Below are positions 30,904-40,723 of a DNA stretch of 64,000 nt, piece by piece. The DNA comes from Phycisphaerae bacterium (GTDB lineage Bacteria > Planctomycetota > Phycisphaerae > UBA1845). A program made the translations under genes and the position numbers. The DNA lies in the NCBI GenBank assembly GCA_963666835.2, contig CAXXGO010000001.1, positions 832,001 through 896,000 on the forward strand, given 5' to 3'. The notes beneath the pieces were generated by a model. The model was not told the DNA's origin. It saw nothing but the letters and a program-made list of their open reading frames with translations, and ran no database searches. Position 1 is the first letter of the stretch, and every line of letters begins with the position of its first letter.

Positions 30904-31815
30904 GTGCGAGGATCTGGCCCGCCTATTCTTGGGTTGACGGAAGAGCGACGAGTGTATACTCATATACAGACTATCGGAGTCTCCAGGGATATCTGTTCGT
31001 CAAAGGTTGTTGTCTTGATTGACGCTCGCAAGATAACTTCTGAAGAATGGTCGCCAGACCTCTCTTCGTCTGGGCAGCGTTCGACGATATGGACCAAGCT
31101 CATGTATCGCGGCGAGGTTCTATGCAACTGCATCGAAGGAACCGAATGGAGTGGAGGCAATCCCGTTCAAGTTTCGCTCTGCGAGGAATGTGGCTGCGAA
31201 GGGTGCAGCGATGCCGGTTACGTGCGTATCTCCCGGATTGGCGATTCCCTCCTATGGACGCGTTCATTTGGCGAAGCCTCGGGAGAAGCGATTTATGATC
31301 GGCACACGGCGTTGACGGCACTGGGGCGCTTTGGCGCTGTCCGGATTCCGCTGGGGCTATGGGCCGATTGGCGAGTCAAGTTCAAAAATCTGCCTGAAGC
31401 TGAAGGATTTCCGCGGGCAAACCGCTCAGACATTCTGGACGCGTGGTTGTTGGAGGTTCCTGCGCCGTTCCGAACGGCAGCGGGATTCTTGTGGCATGAT
31501 ACGACGCTGCACCCTATCGACCGAGCGGGACACACCGTCGCGCTGGTTCGGAACCGGTTGCTTGCCTGTGAGCATGCGGCTGTGGATTCCGGAAGGAACA
31601 GCTTGGACGCAGTTGTCGCTTGGGCTCGCTCAGCTCCTGAGCAACCCGTGGATGGTGACCTCATTACCCCGCGAGGCGCCGGGGTCAATATTGAGACGTT
31701 GTTCCTCGAATCGGCGCGGACCGAGGAATGGTCCGCCTTGTCTCAAACGGGCGACGGTATCCACATCGCGTTCGGGACCGATACAATACTCGTTCCGCCG
31801 ATTATTGAAACGTGA
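30904..31815 (+). CDS. Hypothetical protein with CxxCxCxxC motif (true start probably downstream, ~31015)
   Basis: Long ORF filling the gap; LCEECGCEGC motif; no family recognised. Confidence 0.55.
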   Translation: MRGSGPPILGLTEERRVYTHIQTIGVSRDICSSKVVVLIDARKITSEEWSPDLSSSGQRSTIWTKLMYRGEVLCNCIEGTEWSGGNPVQVSLCEECGCEGCSDAGYVRISRIGDSLLWTRSFGEASGEAIYDRHTALTALGRFGAVRIPLGLWADWRVKFKNLPEAEGFPRANRSDILDAWLLEVPAPFRTAAGFLWHDTTLHPIDRAGHTVALVRNRLLACEHAAVDSGRNSLDAVVAWARSAPEQPVDGDLITPRGAGVNIETLFLESARTEEWSALSQTGDGIHIAFGTDTILVPPIIET

Positions 31816-31891
31816 GTTCCGAAGGCGCACACGGCTTGCCCCGGTGCGACGCGAACTCCACCGATACGATGGCCATTGTGACGTTTATCTG

Positions 31892-34273
31892 TCACACGTC
31901 GGCCGCTCCGGCCAGGGCAGACGCCTTGCTGCGGCTGAGGTTAACGTCGGTTGCCCGACTGACCGCCGGCATCAGAAAGAACGTGATGAAGCCCAGCCCG
32001 TAGAGCGCCATGGCCAAGCCGTAGAGGAACTGATAACCGAAGTACATCGCGTTATACTCGAGCACCCCGCCGCACATGGCCCCCAGCAGGTTCAACGCCA
32101 TGATCCCGGCGATCCCCTTGCTTGTGCTCAACATGGTCGAGAACACAATCCCCGAGAAAAACACCGGGCATGTCAGGATTACCACGGAAAGTAACCGCCC
32201 CCCGGCGGAGGAAGACGTCCCGCCGCTCTTGGCTACGATCAACCCTAACGCCAGGCTGGCCAACAAAGCCAAAAACGGCACCCGCGGGTCCTTCAGCCCC
32301 AACCAAGACACCAGGCAGTTTGCCAAGAAGGCCATAACGAGAATGCCGATGATAACGATGCCGATCACCTGCCACGTATTGCCGAACGTCAACCCCAGCT
32401 CGGTTATGCCCTTGGTCTCGACCAGCATGAATCCCGCACCCAGGAAGAAGAACGTCAGGTGGTGATAGCTGGGGCGTTGGCTAAGGAAGCTGCCATTTAA
32501 CAGCAACACCAGGGCCACCACCAATACCATCATCCCCACGTACGATACCGGATACACTCGCCGGGGCATGTAGAAGAAAGGCCAGTCGTCCGTGGCCATG
32601 TCGGCCCGGATCGCCGGGTTCGAATACGTTTCCGAGATCCGATGAAACCCCGCCTCCCGCAGCAGGTTGTCAGAGATAGTCAGCTCGCCGTTGTGGCCCT
32701 GGACGAACACTTCCGCTCCGTCGTAATCCCCTTCGATGGCAATGGGGGCATGCCCGTCAAACGCGGCCTTCATCATCAGGTAGATCTTCCGCCCAATTTC
32801 CTCCGACAGCGTGCAGAAAGAAAGGCAGAGGACCCCGTCGTCGGCCAGTTTCGCGCGAGCCTCTTTCAGACCCTCCACGGTGTACACGAACGAGTCCAAC
32901 CGGACACTCGAGGAGCTGCTAAGCAGTGTGTGGGAATCCAGCAGCCCATAGACAACCAGGTCGTACTTCTCTTTCGTGGTCCGCAGGAACGAACGGGCGT
33001 CGTCCACGACGGTCCTGACACGTGGATCGGAGTACGGCCGCTCCGGATGAAACCGTTCGCCCAAACGCGTAATAACCGGGTCGATCTCCACCGCGTCCAC
33101 GTGCCTGACGTTTGCTCTTAGTGCCGCGGCAACGTCATTTCCGGTTCCCGCGCCGACAACCGCAACCCGTTTCGGAGCTTCGTGGATTCTGTACGGCAGA
33201 TCGTAGTAAGCGGCGACCCGGCGCAGCTCCGGGTCCGTATCCCGATTGGCGTTGGTCGGCGATAGGTCGTGTACGCGCTGGAAATACAGCCCGGCCGCCT
33301 TGAGCTTCATCAAGCCGTGATCGTCGCACGTCCGTTCAACCAACTGATAAGGCGAGTAGATTCGATGCGCCTCAAACGATAACGGCCAGGTCAGCAACAC
33401 GATCGTGGCCAAAGAGAAACCGGCGCCGCACAGCAGGATCCGCCGAGTTGCCGTCTGCAACGCCACCAGCACCGCAAACCCGATCGCAAACCACAGCGGC
33501 GGCGGCGCCCAGCGCGAGCTGATCACCAGCATCGCGACCACTCCGGCGATACTGCCCAGCAGATTCAGGCCGTAGGCCCGCAAGCGGGTCCGCCGCTCCA
33601 TGAGCCGCCCGCAAGCCTGCCCCAACGGGATGAACGTCAGCGCAGTGAGAACAAAAACCACGCCCAAGAATGCGTAGGTCGCTACATATTGTGACAAGCT
33701 GGAGGCAACCGCCATCCCCATGTTGTACTGTTCCACGACCGGGGTCGCTCGCAAGCTAAACAGTAACTGAGGCGGCAACGCCCACTTGAGCAGCGCCAGC
33801 AGCCCGATCTGGCAACCCAGCAGCGGAATGACCATTACCAGCGGGATACGATCGCGTCTCGACAGGGCGTACCCCAATCCCAAGCCGGCGAAACAGGCCA
33901 GCAGCCCCATGTTCTTATAAAACGAAAACAGTGGATACTCGCACGTCTGCAGCCGGATTACCGCCAGTTCAAGAAACAGCCCAACCCCCGCGGAGGCAAA
34001 GATCGCCAAGTCTACATAACGCAAAGGAAGCTGTTCGAACTGCGTGACCTGTCGGCGGGACATGACCTCGATGGCCGGCCGCACCCGACTCAGGACGAAC
34101 CACACAACGAGCATCAGCCCGAGCGTTTTGAGCGCTAACGGCAGCAGCGCTCCCGACATCTCCGCCGGCGCTTCTTCGCCCAGCAGGACCTTCGTGCATA
34201 GTGCTGTGGTTACCGGCAACAGACAACAAGCCAACAACGTGAATCGCAGAAGGCGAAGGTACGATGGAACCAT
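31892..34273 (-). CDS. Multi-TM spermidine synthase-like methyltransferase
   Basis: Many TMs, AY..NLLGS, SPYQ, VVGAGTGNDV, VEIDP, DDARSFL, TDDWPF.Y. Start uncertain (ORF open to 34480). Confidence 0.85.
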   Translation of the reverse strand: MVPSYLRLLRFTLLACCLLPVTTALCTKVLLGEEAPAEMSGALLPLALKTLGLMLVVWFVLSRVRPAIEVMSRRQVTQFEQLPLRYVDLAIFASAGVGLFLELAVIRLQTCEYPLFSFYKNMGLLACFAGLGLGYALSRRDRIPLVMVIPLLGCQIGLLALLKWALPPQLLFSLRATPVVEQYNMGMAVASSLSQYVATYAFLGVVFVLTALTFIPLGQACGRLMERRTRLRAYGLNLLGSIAGVVAMLVISSRWAPPPLWFAIGFAVLVALQTATRRILLCGAGFSLATIVLLTWPLSFEAHRIYSPYQLVERTCDDHGLMKLKAAGLYFQRVHDLSPTNANRDTDPELRRVAAYYDLPYRIHEAPKRVAVVGAGTGNDVAAALRANVRHVDAVEIDPVITRLGERFHPERPYSDPRVRTVVDDARSFLRTTKEKYDLVVYGLLDSHTLLSSSSSVRLDSFVYTVEGLKEARAKLADDGVLCLSFCTLSEEIGRKIYLMMKAAFDGHAPIAIEGDYDGAEVFVQGHNGELTISDNLLREAGFHRISETYSNPAIRADMATDDWPFFYMPRRVYPVSYVGMMVLVVALVLLLNGSFLSQRPSYHHLTFFFLGAGFMLVETKGITELGLTFGNTWQVIGIVIIGILVMAFLANCLVSWLGLKDPRVPFLALLASLALGLIVAKSGGTSSSAGGRLLSVVILTCPVFFSGIVFSTMLSTSKGIAGIMALNLLGAMCGGVLEYNAMYFGYQFLYGLAMALYGLGFITFFLMPAVSRATDVNLSRSKASALAGAADV

Positions 34274-34716
34274 ATCAAGCGGCCCAACACCGTGCCCGGC
34301 ATCCACAAACCGGCCGCGCGCGGTTAACCCGGCCCGGCGGACGACCGCCCGAAACGAACGGTGCGCACATTCCACCGAGCATCCGATAATACTGTCGGCA
34401 TTCCGATAACTCGGCTTCACTTGACCGACCTGACGGGCCAGGCGCCGAGCAGGGGCGCGACATTCCCCGCAGGAGTCCACTTCGCGTGCCAGAACGGGAA
34501 TCTGTTGACTATCTCACCGCGAACCGGATGGACGCGGTGTGCCGGTGTTCCTTTTTCTCGAATCCTCGGCTTCCGGTACAAGGCCTACTTGCATTATGAT
34601 CAACCGGTTGTTTCTACGTGGGGCCGAGCAACGAGCAGCGAAGCCCCGGCCCTGTCCCACCGACGGGCTCGGCAATAGCGGGTAGCCCGGAGGCTGTTCC
34701 GAATTGTGGGGCAATC

Positions 34717-35439
34717 ATGAACTTGCGGAATTCGTACGAGGACGATGCCTACGCGGCCGCCTACGCCAAGCTGGCGTTCCCCGGCACGTATCACCTGGCG
34801 TTCAGGGATCTGCCGGAGCTTCTGTCACGGCATGTTCAAGGCAAGAGGGCTCTGGACTTCGGCTGCGGCACGGGACGGACCCTGCGCTTCCTGACCGAAC
34901 TGGGATTCGACACCGTCGGCGTCGACATTGCCGAGGAGATGGTCAAGGAAGCACGAGCGCTTGATCCGGCCGGTACCTACCATCATGTTAACGACGGAGA
35001 TCTGAGCCGGTTCCCGGACGGCACTTTCGATTTGGTGCTGGCTGCGTTCACTTTCGACAACATCGCGACGGAGACAAAGAAGGTTGCCCTGTTCAGCGAG
35101 CTGGCTCGAGTGCTCAGTGGCGGCGGCAGAATCGTGAACCTGGTCTCGGCTCCCGAGATCTACTTCCATGAATGGGCGTCCTTCTCCACGAAGGACTTCC
35201 CCGAGAACCTCCGGGCGAAGTGCGGAGATGTCGTGAAGATCATCGTAACCGCCCTTGAGGACACCAGGCCGGTAGAGGACATCATTTGGCCGGACGTGGA
35301 CTATCGCAGAGTCTACCGGTCGTCCGGGCTGGACGTAATCGACGTCCACAAACCACTGGGCACGCCGGATGAACCGATCGAGTGGGTCAACGAGACGAAG
35401 ATGCCGCCGTGGGCCATCTACGTGCTGGGCAAGGAATAA
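34717..35439 (+). CDS. Class I SAM-dependent methyltransferase
   Basis: ALDFGCGTGR, GVDIA, FDLV. Confidence 0.88.
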   Translation: MNLRNSYEDDAYAAAYAKLAFPGTYHLAFRDLPELLSRHVQGKRALDFGCGTGRTLRFLTELGFDTVGVDIAEEMVKEARALDPAGTYHHVNDGDLSRFPDGTFDLVLAAFTFDNIATETKKVALFSELARVLSGGGRIVNLVSAPEIYFHEWASFSTKDFPENLRAKCGDVVKIIVTALEDTRPVEDIIWPDVDYRRVYRSSGLDVIDVHKPLGTPDEPIEWVNETKMPPWAIYVLGKE

Positions 35440-35642
35440 CGGTTCCGGTGGATTGCAGACTGCGTCCGTCGGAGACATGTTTCGGCCAATCATGATTGTC
35501 CGCCGCTGGCGGCCAATCGTCATTCCGCAACGTAGCGGCTCGTGGAAGCAAGGTGCATTTAATGAGTCCTCGCGCCGGAGCCCCGCGGATTCGCCATCCC
35601 CAAACAGGATGTCCCCAGAATCAAGGGAGTTCCCGATGCCCC

Positions 35643-35671
35643 TTGACGCGCCAAGAACCAGGGGGTAGCCT
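35643..35671 (+). promoter_or_regulatory. Sigma70 promoter of tRNA-Met
   Basis: TTGACG-N17-TAGCCT, 15 nt upstream of the tRNA. Confidence 0.55.
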
Positions 35672-35686
35672 CCTCTGACATAATAC

Positions 35687-35759
35687 TGCGGGGTAGAGCA
35701 GTTGGCAGCTCGTCGGGCTCATAACCCGGAGGTCGCAGGTTCGAGTCCTGCCCCCGCTA
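35687..35759 (+). tRNA. tRNA-Met(CAT), initiator type
   Basis: Cloverleaf: acceptor TGCGGGG/CCCCGCT with a 1:72 mismatch, anticodon arm TCGGG-CTCATAA-CCCGG (three G-C pairs), T arm GCAGG-TTCGAGT-CCTGC. CCA is not encoded. Confidence 0.96.
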
Positions 35760-35771
35760 GTGACGTAACCT

Positions 35772-35812
35772 ACGCAGGATCAGGAAGTTGCGCTCCGGTC
35801 CTGCGTTTCTTT
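35772..35812 (+). terminator. Rho-independent terminator after tRNA
   Basis: ACGCAGGA...TCCTGCGT stem followed by TTCTTT. Confidence 0.6.
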
Positions 35813-36093
35813 ATGCGCGGGGGGTGACCAAAAGGTGCCCACCGCGCGCAGCGTAGGACCGAGGCTCTAAGGAAGAGTCAGGTTCTGCGCTGAAAAGAAC
35901 GGTTCTGCGCTCGCCCCGCAGCGCAGACAACACCCGCACACCTCCGATAACTCGTTTTCCGGCGGTGTCCGGGTCTATCTCAAACCGTCTTCGAACCAGC
36001 CTCGAAGCCGGTTCGGTGGGGGGCCTCCGGCCGCGGATACCACGCCAGCGGCCCCTCCGTCATCTCATGCCAAAACACCGGATCCGGTAGGGG

Positions 36094-37417
36094 TGTCCTT
36101 CCCGAGAATCCCATCCAGGCAGCAACGACCCTGCCCAGTGGTGGATTGGCGAGGAGACCGACCCCCAAGAACGACAGTTGCGACGCGTTCGCGGAGTGCC
36201 TGGGTGAGTATGGCGCCGGAATCTGAGGGGAAGCACGTACATCAACCCTGGACGTCTGGTGGCAACCGACGGGCACCAACCTTCAGGCGGCCCGGCGATA
36301 CCGATGATGCAAGCCGCCGACCTGCGGAACTGCGATCACCTTGCCGCATTCAGGCGCCTCAATCTCGCGGGGAATGGGCGAGTTGCGGCTCAGCGACAGA
36401 TGTGCGCGAGCCTCGTGATAATACTCAAGGTAAGAAGAGAGGATGCGCCGGAGATGCCGCTCGTTGAGAACGATGACATGATTGAGGCACTCTCGGCGGA
36501 CACTGCCGTGCAGCCTCTCCACGTATGGATTCTGCCATGGAGATCGTGGGGCCGTTACGACTTCTTCGATACCCATGTTCTCGATCCGCCGGCGGAAGAA
36601 GTCTCCGTAAATCGAGTCACGATCGCGAAGCAAAAAACGAGGCGATTCGTCGAACGGAAACGCTTGGACAATCTGTTGTGCTGTCCACTGCGCTGTCGGA
36701 TGAGCGGTGACGTTGAAATGCGCGACACGTCGCCGATCATGGCGGAGGACGACAAAGGCGAAGAGTATTCGAAACGTCGCTGTCGGTACCGTGAAGAAAT
36801 CGATGGCGACGATGTCTCGAACATGATTATCGAGAAAGGTCCGCCATGTTTGCGACGGGGGCTTGGGATGCCAAACTCTGTAGAGGTCGATGGTCGACCC
36901 GGCTACGTCGTGTCCAAGTAGCGCCAGCTCGGATTTGATACGCGGCGTCCCCCAAAGGACGTTCTCGCGGGACATACGCCGGATCAGCTTGCGGATCTCG
37001 GCATCGATCCTTGGACGACCGGCTTTCCGCGATCGCGACTTCCATCGCCAGTAGAGCTTGAAACCCTGCTTGTGCCAGCGAATGACGGTTTCTGGTTGGA
37101 CGATCAGCAGCGCGGAGCGCCAATTCGACCATAGGCGGGATAGCCATACCCAGAAGATCCGGTCTCGCTTCCGGAGCCGCGGGCGTTTCGCCTTCAGCTC
37201 AAGCGCTGCGAGTTGCTGCCGGAGGGCGAGGTTCTCGGCGGCGAGCTCAGCTCGATCACTCATCACCCCGCGAATGAACAACAACATGATGCGAATCAGA
37301 CCCATTTCACAGGCTCCGGCTGCCGAACACAACGACAGATGAGCCTACCTGAGACACCGAGGCCGTCAAATCGTAAGTCCTTTGTCCACAAGGCGTACGG
37401 AATATTCGGGATGGACA
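36094..37417 (-). mobile_element. 1324-bp IS-like element with rve (integrase core) DDE transposase, copy 1
   Basis: Near-identical to 58649-59972. Imperfect TIRs TGTCCTTCCCGAGAATCC / GGAATATTCGGGATGGACA with TGT...ACA ends. Confidence 0.9.
36283..37305 (-). CDS. Integrase core domain (rve) transposase
   Basis: IDFFTV, RDRDSIYG, SPWQNPYVER..GSVRRECL, GGLHHRY. Confidence 0.92.
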   Translation of the reverse strand: MGLIRIMLLFIRGVMSDRAELAAENLALRQQLAALELKAKRPRLRKRDRIFWVWLSRLWSNWRSALLIVQPETVIRWHKQGFKLYWRWKSRSRKAGRPRIDAEIRKLIRRMSRENVLWGTPRIKSELALLGHDVAGSTIDLYRVWHPKPPSQTWRTFLDNHVRDIVAIDFFTVPTATFRILFAFVVLRHDRRRVAHFNVTAHPTAQWTAQQIVQAFPFDESPRFLLRDRDSIYGDFFRRRIENMGIEEVVTAPRSPWQNPYVERLHGSVRRECLNHVIVLNERHLRRILSSYLEYYHEARAHLSLSRNSPIPREIEAPECGKVIAVPQVGGLHHRYRRAA

Positions 37418-37521
37418 GGGACTGGCTCCAAACTGATGCCCGCTCGCCGCACCAGGAGACGTCCTTGGCGAGGTGCCTGTCCCCTTCCTTAACCGCGGCG
37501 TACTGCACCGCTTCTGTCACA

Positions 37522-39012
37522 CTACTGCCCGATGATGACCGCTCCGCCGGCGCCGGCAATCGTCAGTGCCTTGGAAACGATGAGGGTCTCGGTCGACGAA
37601 CCTAGCTTGATGAAAGCTGCTTCGCCGCTGCTCGCAGCCGCTACGGCCTCTGCTAGGGTATCGTACGGTTGGTCGAATGTCCCTTCCTCGACCCCCATGA
37701 AGTGGAAGTCCACCCAGAGAGCCTGGGGGGCGGATTCCGTCACCCGTTCGCAGAAGTCGTACAAGTCGATGTGGTGCGGGCACCCGCCAGGGCAGGCGTC
37801 GTATTCCTGGCTCTGTTCGCGCGCGTCGGCGACCCATGAGCCGGCCATCGACGCGTAGAAATCCTGAAGGAACTCCTCCCATCGGGTATCTTGCGGAAAC
37901 TGGATGGTTGTCCCGGTGTAATTCGAGTCGAAGTCGAAACTCTCCTCGGGGAAGTAGACGGCTAGCCCGTGACTCCCGGGCCAGGAGGATCCATGTCTCT
38001 CGGCGAGGACAGCGGAATCAACTGCCATCATCACCCGATGGGCGGCCGCGGCACACTCGGCATTGTTCCCGTTCCAGTCGTATCTCAGAGCCTGCGCGAA
38101 CGCGTCGATCCTGGACGCCAGGTCATTTATTGAGGATAAGCCGATCATCGAGTGAGTCTGACTGTCCCCGTACGATTCATAATAGCGAGAGACCATGGTA
38201 CTGCCGAGGTCGGTCGTGCTCATCAGTGGGTCCGCTACCAGATCAGCCAGTAACATATCATAAGGCCATCCGTCGTTCGGCTCGCTTCTCTCCGAACCCA
38301 CCATTACCCTGGCATGCTCGCGAATCTCGTATGCGACCTCGACCATTCCCATCAGGCAAGCGTCGAACCCCACCAGATCCAACTCCTGGACATCGATCTC
38401 GATGACTTGCAGTGCGTTGCCCAGTTCCTGCATGAAGAGAATGTCGCCATCAGCACAGCATCCATCATCCAGGTCACACGTCGCGCCGTGCATGTCGCAA
38501 TCGGGAGAATCCTGGCTGCACGGAACACACTCGTCAGAGCACACAGCCCGGGAAGGACGAGATTCGCCGCGCGCGTGCCACCCGGAACCGTGATCCCAGA
38601 GCACCACCGCATATCTCGAGGCCGGGTAGGTCTGCATCCCCCACTCGACAAAGTCAACCAGCGTCTGAGGGTCGCCCATATTGACCTCGCCGATGCTTGC
38701 GCCCCAGGTCGTGTCCGGCTCATCGCCAGGGTCGATTAACCCACGTCGTGTATCCGTCCAGTCGTCGTGGCCGGTGTCCCAACCCACATGCCGATCGAAT
38801 TGGACAACGATGTTAACATTTTCATCCGAGCCGACGTCGGCCATTTCCAGAAAGTCGCCAATCCCCGCAGGCTCCAGATTGTTATCGGCGTCCATGTAAA
38901 TCAGTAAGGTCCACTCGGCCTGTTCCGGTTGCGCCATGGCGCTGGGCGCGAGCCAGGTCAGACATAGCAGTCCGGGAAGGAACAGGGCCTTGATTGTCCT
39001 TGCGGTAAACAT
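37522..39012 (-). CDS. Secreted clostripain-related (C11) cysteine peptidase
   Basis: WTLLIYMDADNNL, NMGDP, WDHGSGW (His), FDACLMG (Cys). Confidence 0.9.
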   Translation of the reverse strand: MFTARTIKALFLPGLLCLTWLAPSAMAQPEQAEWTLLIYMDADNNLEPAGIGDFLEMADVGSDENVNIVVQFDRHVGWDTGHDDWTDTRRGLIDPGDEPDTTWGASIGEVNMGDPQTLVDFVEWGMQTYPASRYAVVLWDHGSGWHARGESRPSRAVCSDECVPCSQDSPDCDMHGATCDLDDGCCADGDILFMQELGNALQVIEIDVQELDLVGFDACLMGMVEVAYEIREHARVMVGSERSEPNDGWPYDMLLADLVADPLMSTTDLGSTMVSRYYESYGDSQTHSMIGLSSINDLASRIDAFAQALRYDWNGNNAECAAAAHRVMMAVDSAVLAERHGSSWPGSHGLAVYFPEESFDFDSNYTGTTIQFPQDTRWEEFLQDFYASMAGSWVADAREQSQEYDACPGGCPHHIDLYDFCERVTESAPQALWVDFHFMGVEEGTFDQPYDTLAEAVAAASSGEAAFIKLGSSTETLIVSKALTIAGAGGAVIIGQ

Positions 39013-39081
39013 GATAGCGTGCCTCGTCTGTTGTCATGTGACCATCACCAGCGATGTCTCGACCGGTCACATGCTTGCCAC

Positions 39082-40698
39082 TCATTCGTGGACGATCGTT
39101 ATGTCGTATCCCTTCAGCGTATACGGGCGGTCAATCACTAGCGATGTCCCGGCAAACGTATTGGTCGACCCGGACTTGAATATGAGGGTGGTCCCGTCGG
39201 CCGCCTCATCCACCGCGGCGGCGATACCGCCGTAGGGCGTCGCGGGCCACCCGTTGCCGGTGGCGCCGTTGCCGACGAACGCGACCGAGCCGGGCGCGAT
39301 TCGGATGACGTGTTGCTGGTTTGCGGTGTAGCCGAGATCAACATCATCGCAGACGTACCAGCCGTCGTCATCACCGCCCCTTCCGAGGTTCATCATGAAA
39401 CTCGTGTTCGGATCCGTGGCCGTGTCGTACCCGTACGCGACCCAGGCATGACCGACCGACTGGCCGGGCCGGTTGCCCCTGATCACCAAAGGCCGCAGCC
39501 ATTGGATCTCCTCGGTCATCGCGGCAATACTGCGATTGGAGTAGTGCGGTATGTAGTACTTGAAATAGGAGTACAGGGCATTAACAACGTCCCCCGTCTG
39601 GGCCGTGGACAGAAAGAGGCCCCAGTCCATCTTCACGGCCACGCCGACATGGAAGCAGAGCTTCGCAACCTCATCGTCGGGCGCGCCGTCGCCGTCGACA
39701 TGCTCGTCATGCATCAGGTCCCAGTCATACGTGGTCGCCCCGAAGTCGGCCTCTACGAGCGCCAAGTGCCAGCCGACGCGCGACCATAGCTCGGCAAGTG
39801 CGCCCAGGTACGCGGGGTCGTCGGAGATCTCCTGCGCCTTCTTGTAGGCGCTGTTATCCCAGTCACCACTCGCGCGCAACATCGCGACCGGCCCGCTGTG
39901 CCACTCCAATCGGCCTTGCCACACACTTGAGTCGATTCCGGGATCCGTGGCGAGTTGCGTGGCTTCCCAGTCGTCGAATCGGGCGAAGGCCCAGCTCGTG
40001 CCATAGGAACCCACGCCGGTTTCCGGCCACTGCCAGTAGTACATGGTCTGAGCCGTGGCCAGGGCAACACAACCGACCTTTGGATGTTCCTCCGGAGGCG
40101 CCGGGTGCCCTGGGGGGCCGGCCATGCTGGGACACCAGTCGTTGTAGGGTGAGCGCTGCGACCAGATGCTCGTCAACGGCAGGATCAGCATCTCCGGGTC
40201 GGCTCTGCCGCGCGCGGGTGCCCGCCCCACGGAGAGATCCGCCCACATCGCGGAACGATCAGCCATGGTATCCACATACGACTCGAGCTTTGGATCGTCC
40301 TTCTCTTCCGCCTCCTTAATCGCCGCAAGGCGCGCCGTGATCTCCCACAGAATGAACTGATGATTCGGGTCGTCGGGATCGTAAGTCCCTTCGGGGCTGT
40401 AGAAGTAGACCGGAAGAACCAGATCGTCCGCCCCGGACAGGCAGAAACCTCCGCCCGCAAGATGGACGATGTAGGCGACAGTCGCGCCATCGACTACATA
40501 AGGTTCCATACGTTCCACGGCGGCGTCGGCTCGCGCATCCGTAATGACTCCTTGCAACCAGGTCTCCACGGCGGCCGCAACTTCCTGCTCCGTCTTCGGC
40601 TCAGCACACAGCGGCACGACGGCGAAGAGCAGGCACAACACGGCGCTCATCCGGGAGAACGAGACCATCGCGGAGACTCGGGAGACACTCGCGTTCAT
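39082..40698 (-). CDS. Secreted C10 (streptopain/SpeB-like) cysteine peptidase with prodomain
   Basis: WSQ.SPYN..CP, GCVALATAQ.MYY..WP, GHAWV.YGY, MNLGRGG..DGWY. AGGAG RBS. Confidence 0.88.
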   Translation of the reverse strand: MNASVSRVSAMVSFSRMSAVLCLLFAVVPLCAEPKTEQEVAAAVETWLQGVITDARADAAVERMEPYVVDGATVAYIVHLAGGGFCLSGADDLVLPVYFYSPEGTYDPDDPNHQFILWEITARLAAIKEAEEKDDPKLESYVDTMADRSAMWADLSVGRAPARGRADPEMLILPLTSIWSQRSPYNDWCPSMAGPPGHPAPPEEHPKVGCVALATAQTMYYWQWPETGVGSYGTSWAFARFDDWEATQLATDPGIDSSVWQGRLEWHSGPVAMLRASGDWDNSAYKKAQEISDDPAYLGALAELWSRVGWHLALVEADFGATTYDWDLMHDEHVDGDGAPDDEVAKLCFHVGVAVKMDWGLFLSTAQTGDVVNALYSYFKYYIPHYSNRSIAAMTEEIQWLRPLVIRGNRPGQSVGHAWVAYGYDTATDPNTSFMMNLGRGGDDDGWYVCDDVDLGYTANQQHVIRIAPGSVAFVGNGATGNGWPATPYGGIAAAVDEAADGTTLIFKSGSTNTFAGTSLVIDRPYTLKGYDITIVHE

Positions 40699-40723
40699 CA
40701 CCGCACTCCTTCCGTCGCTTTTG

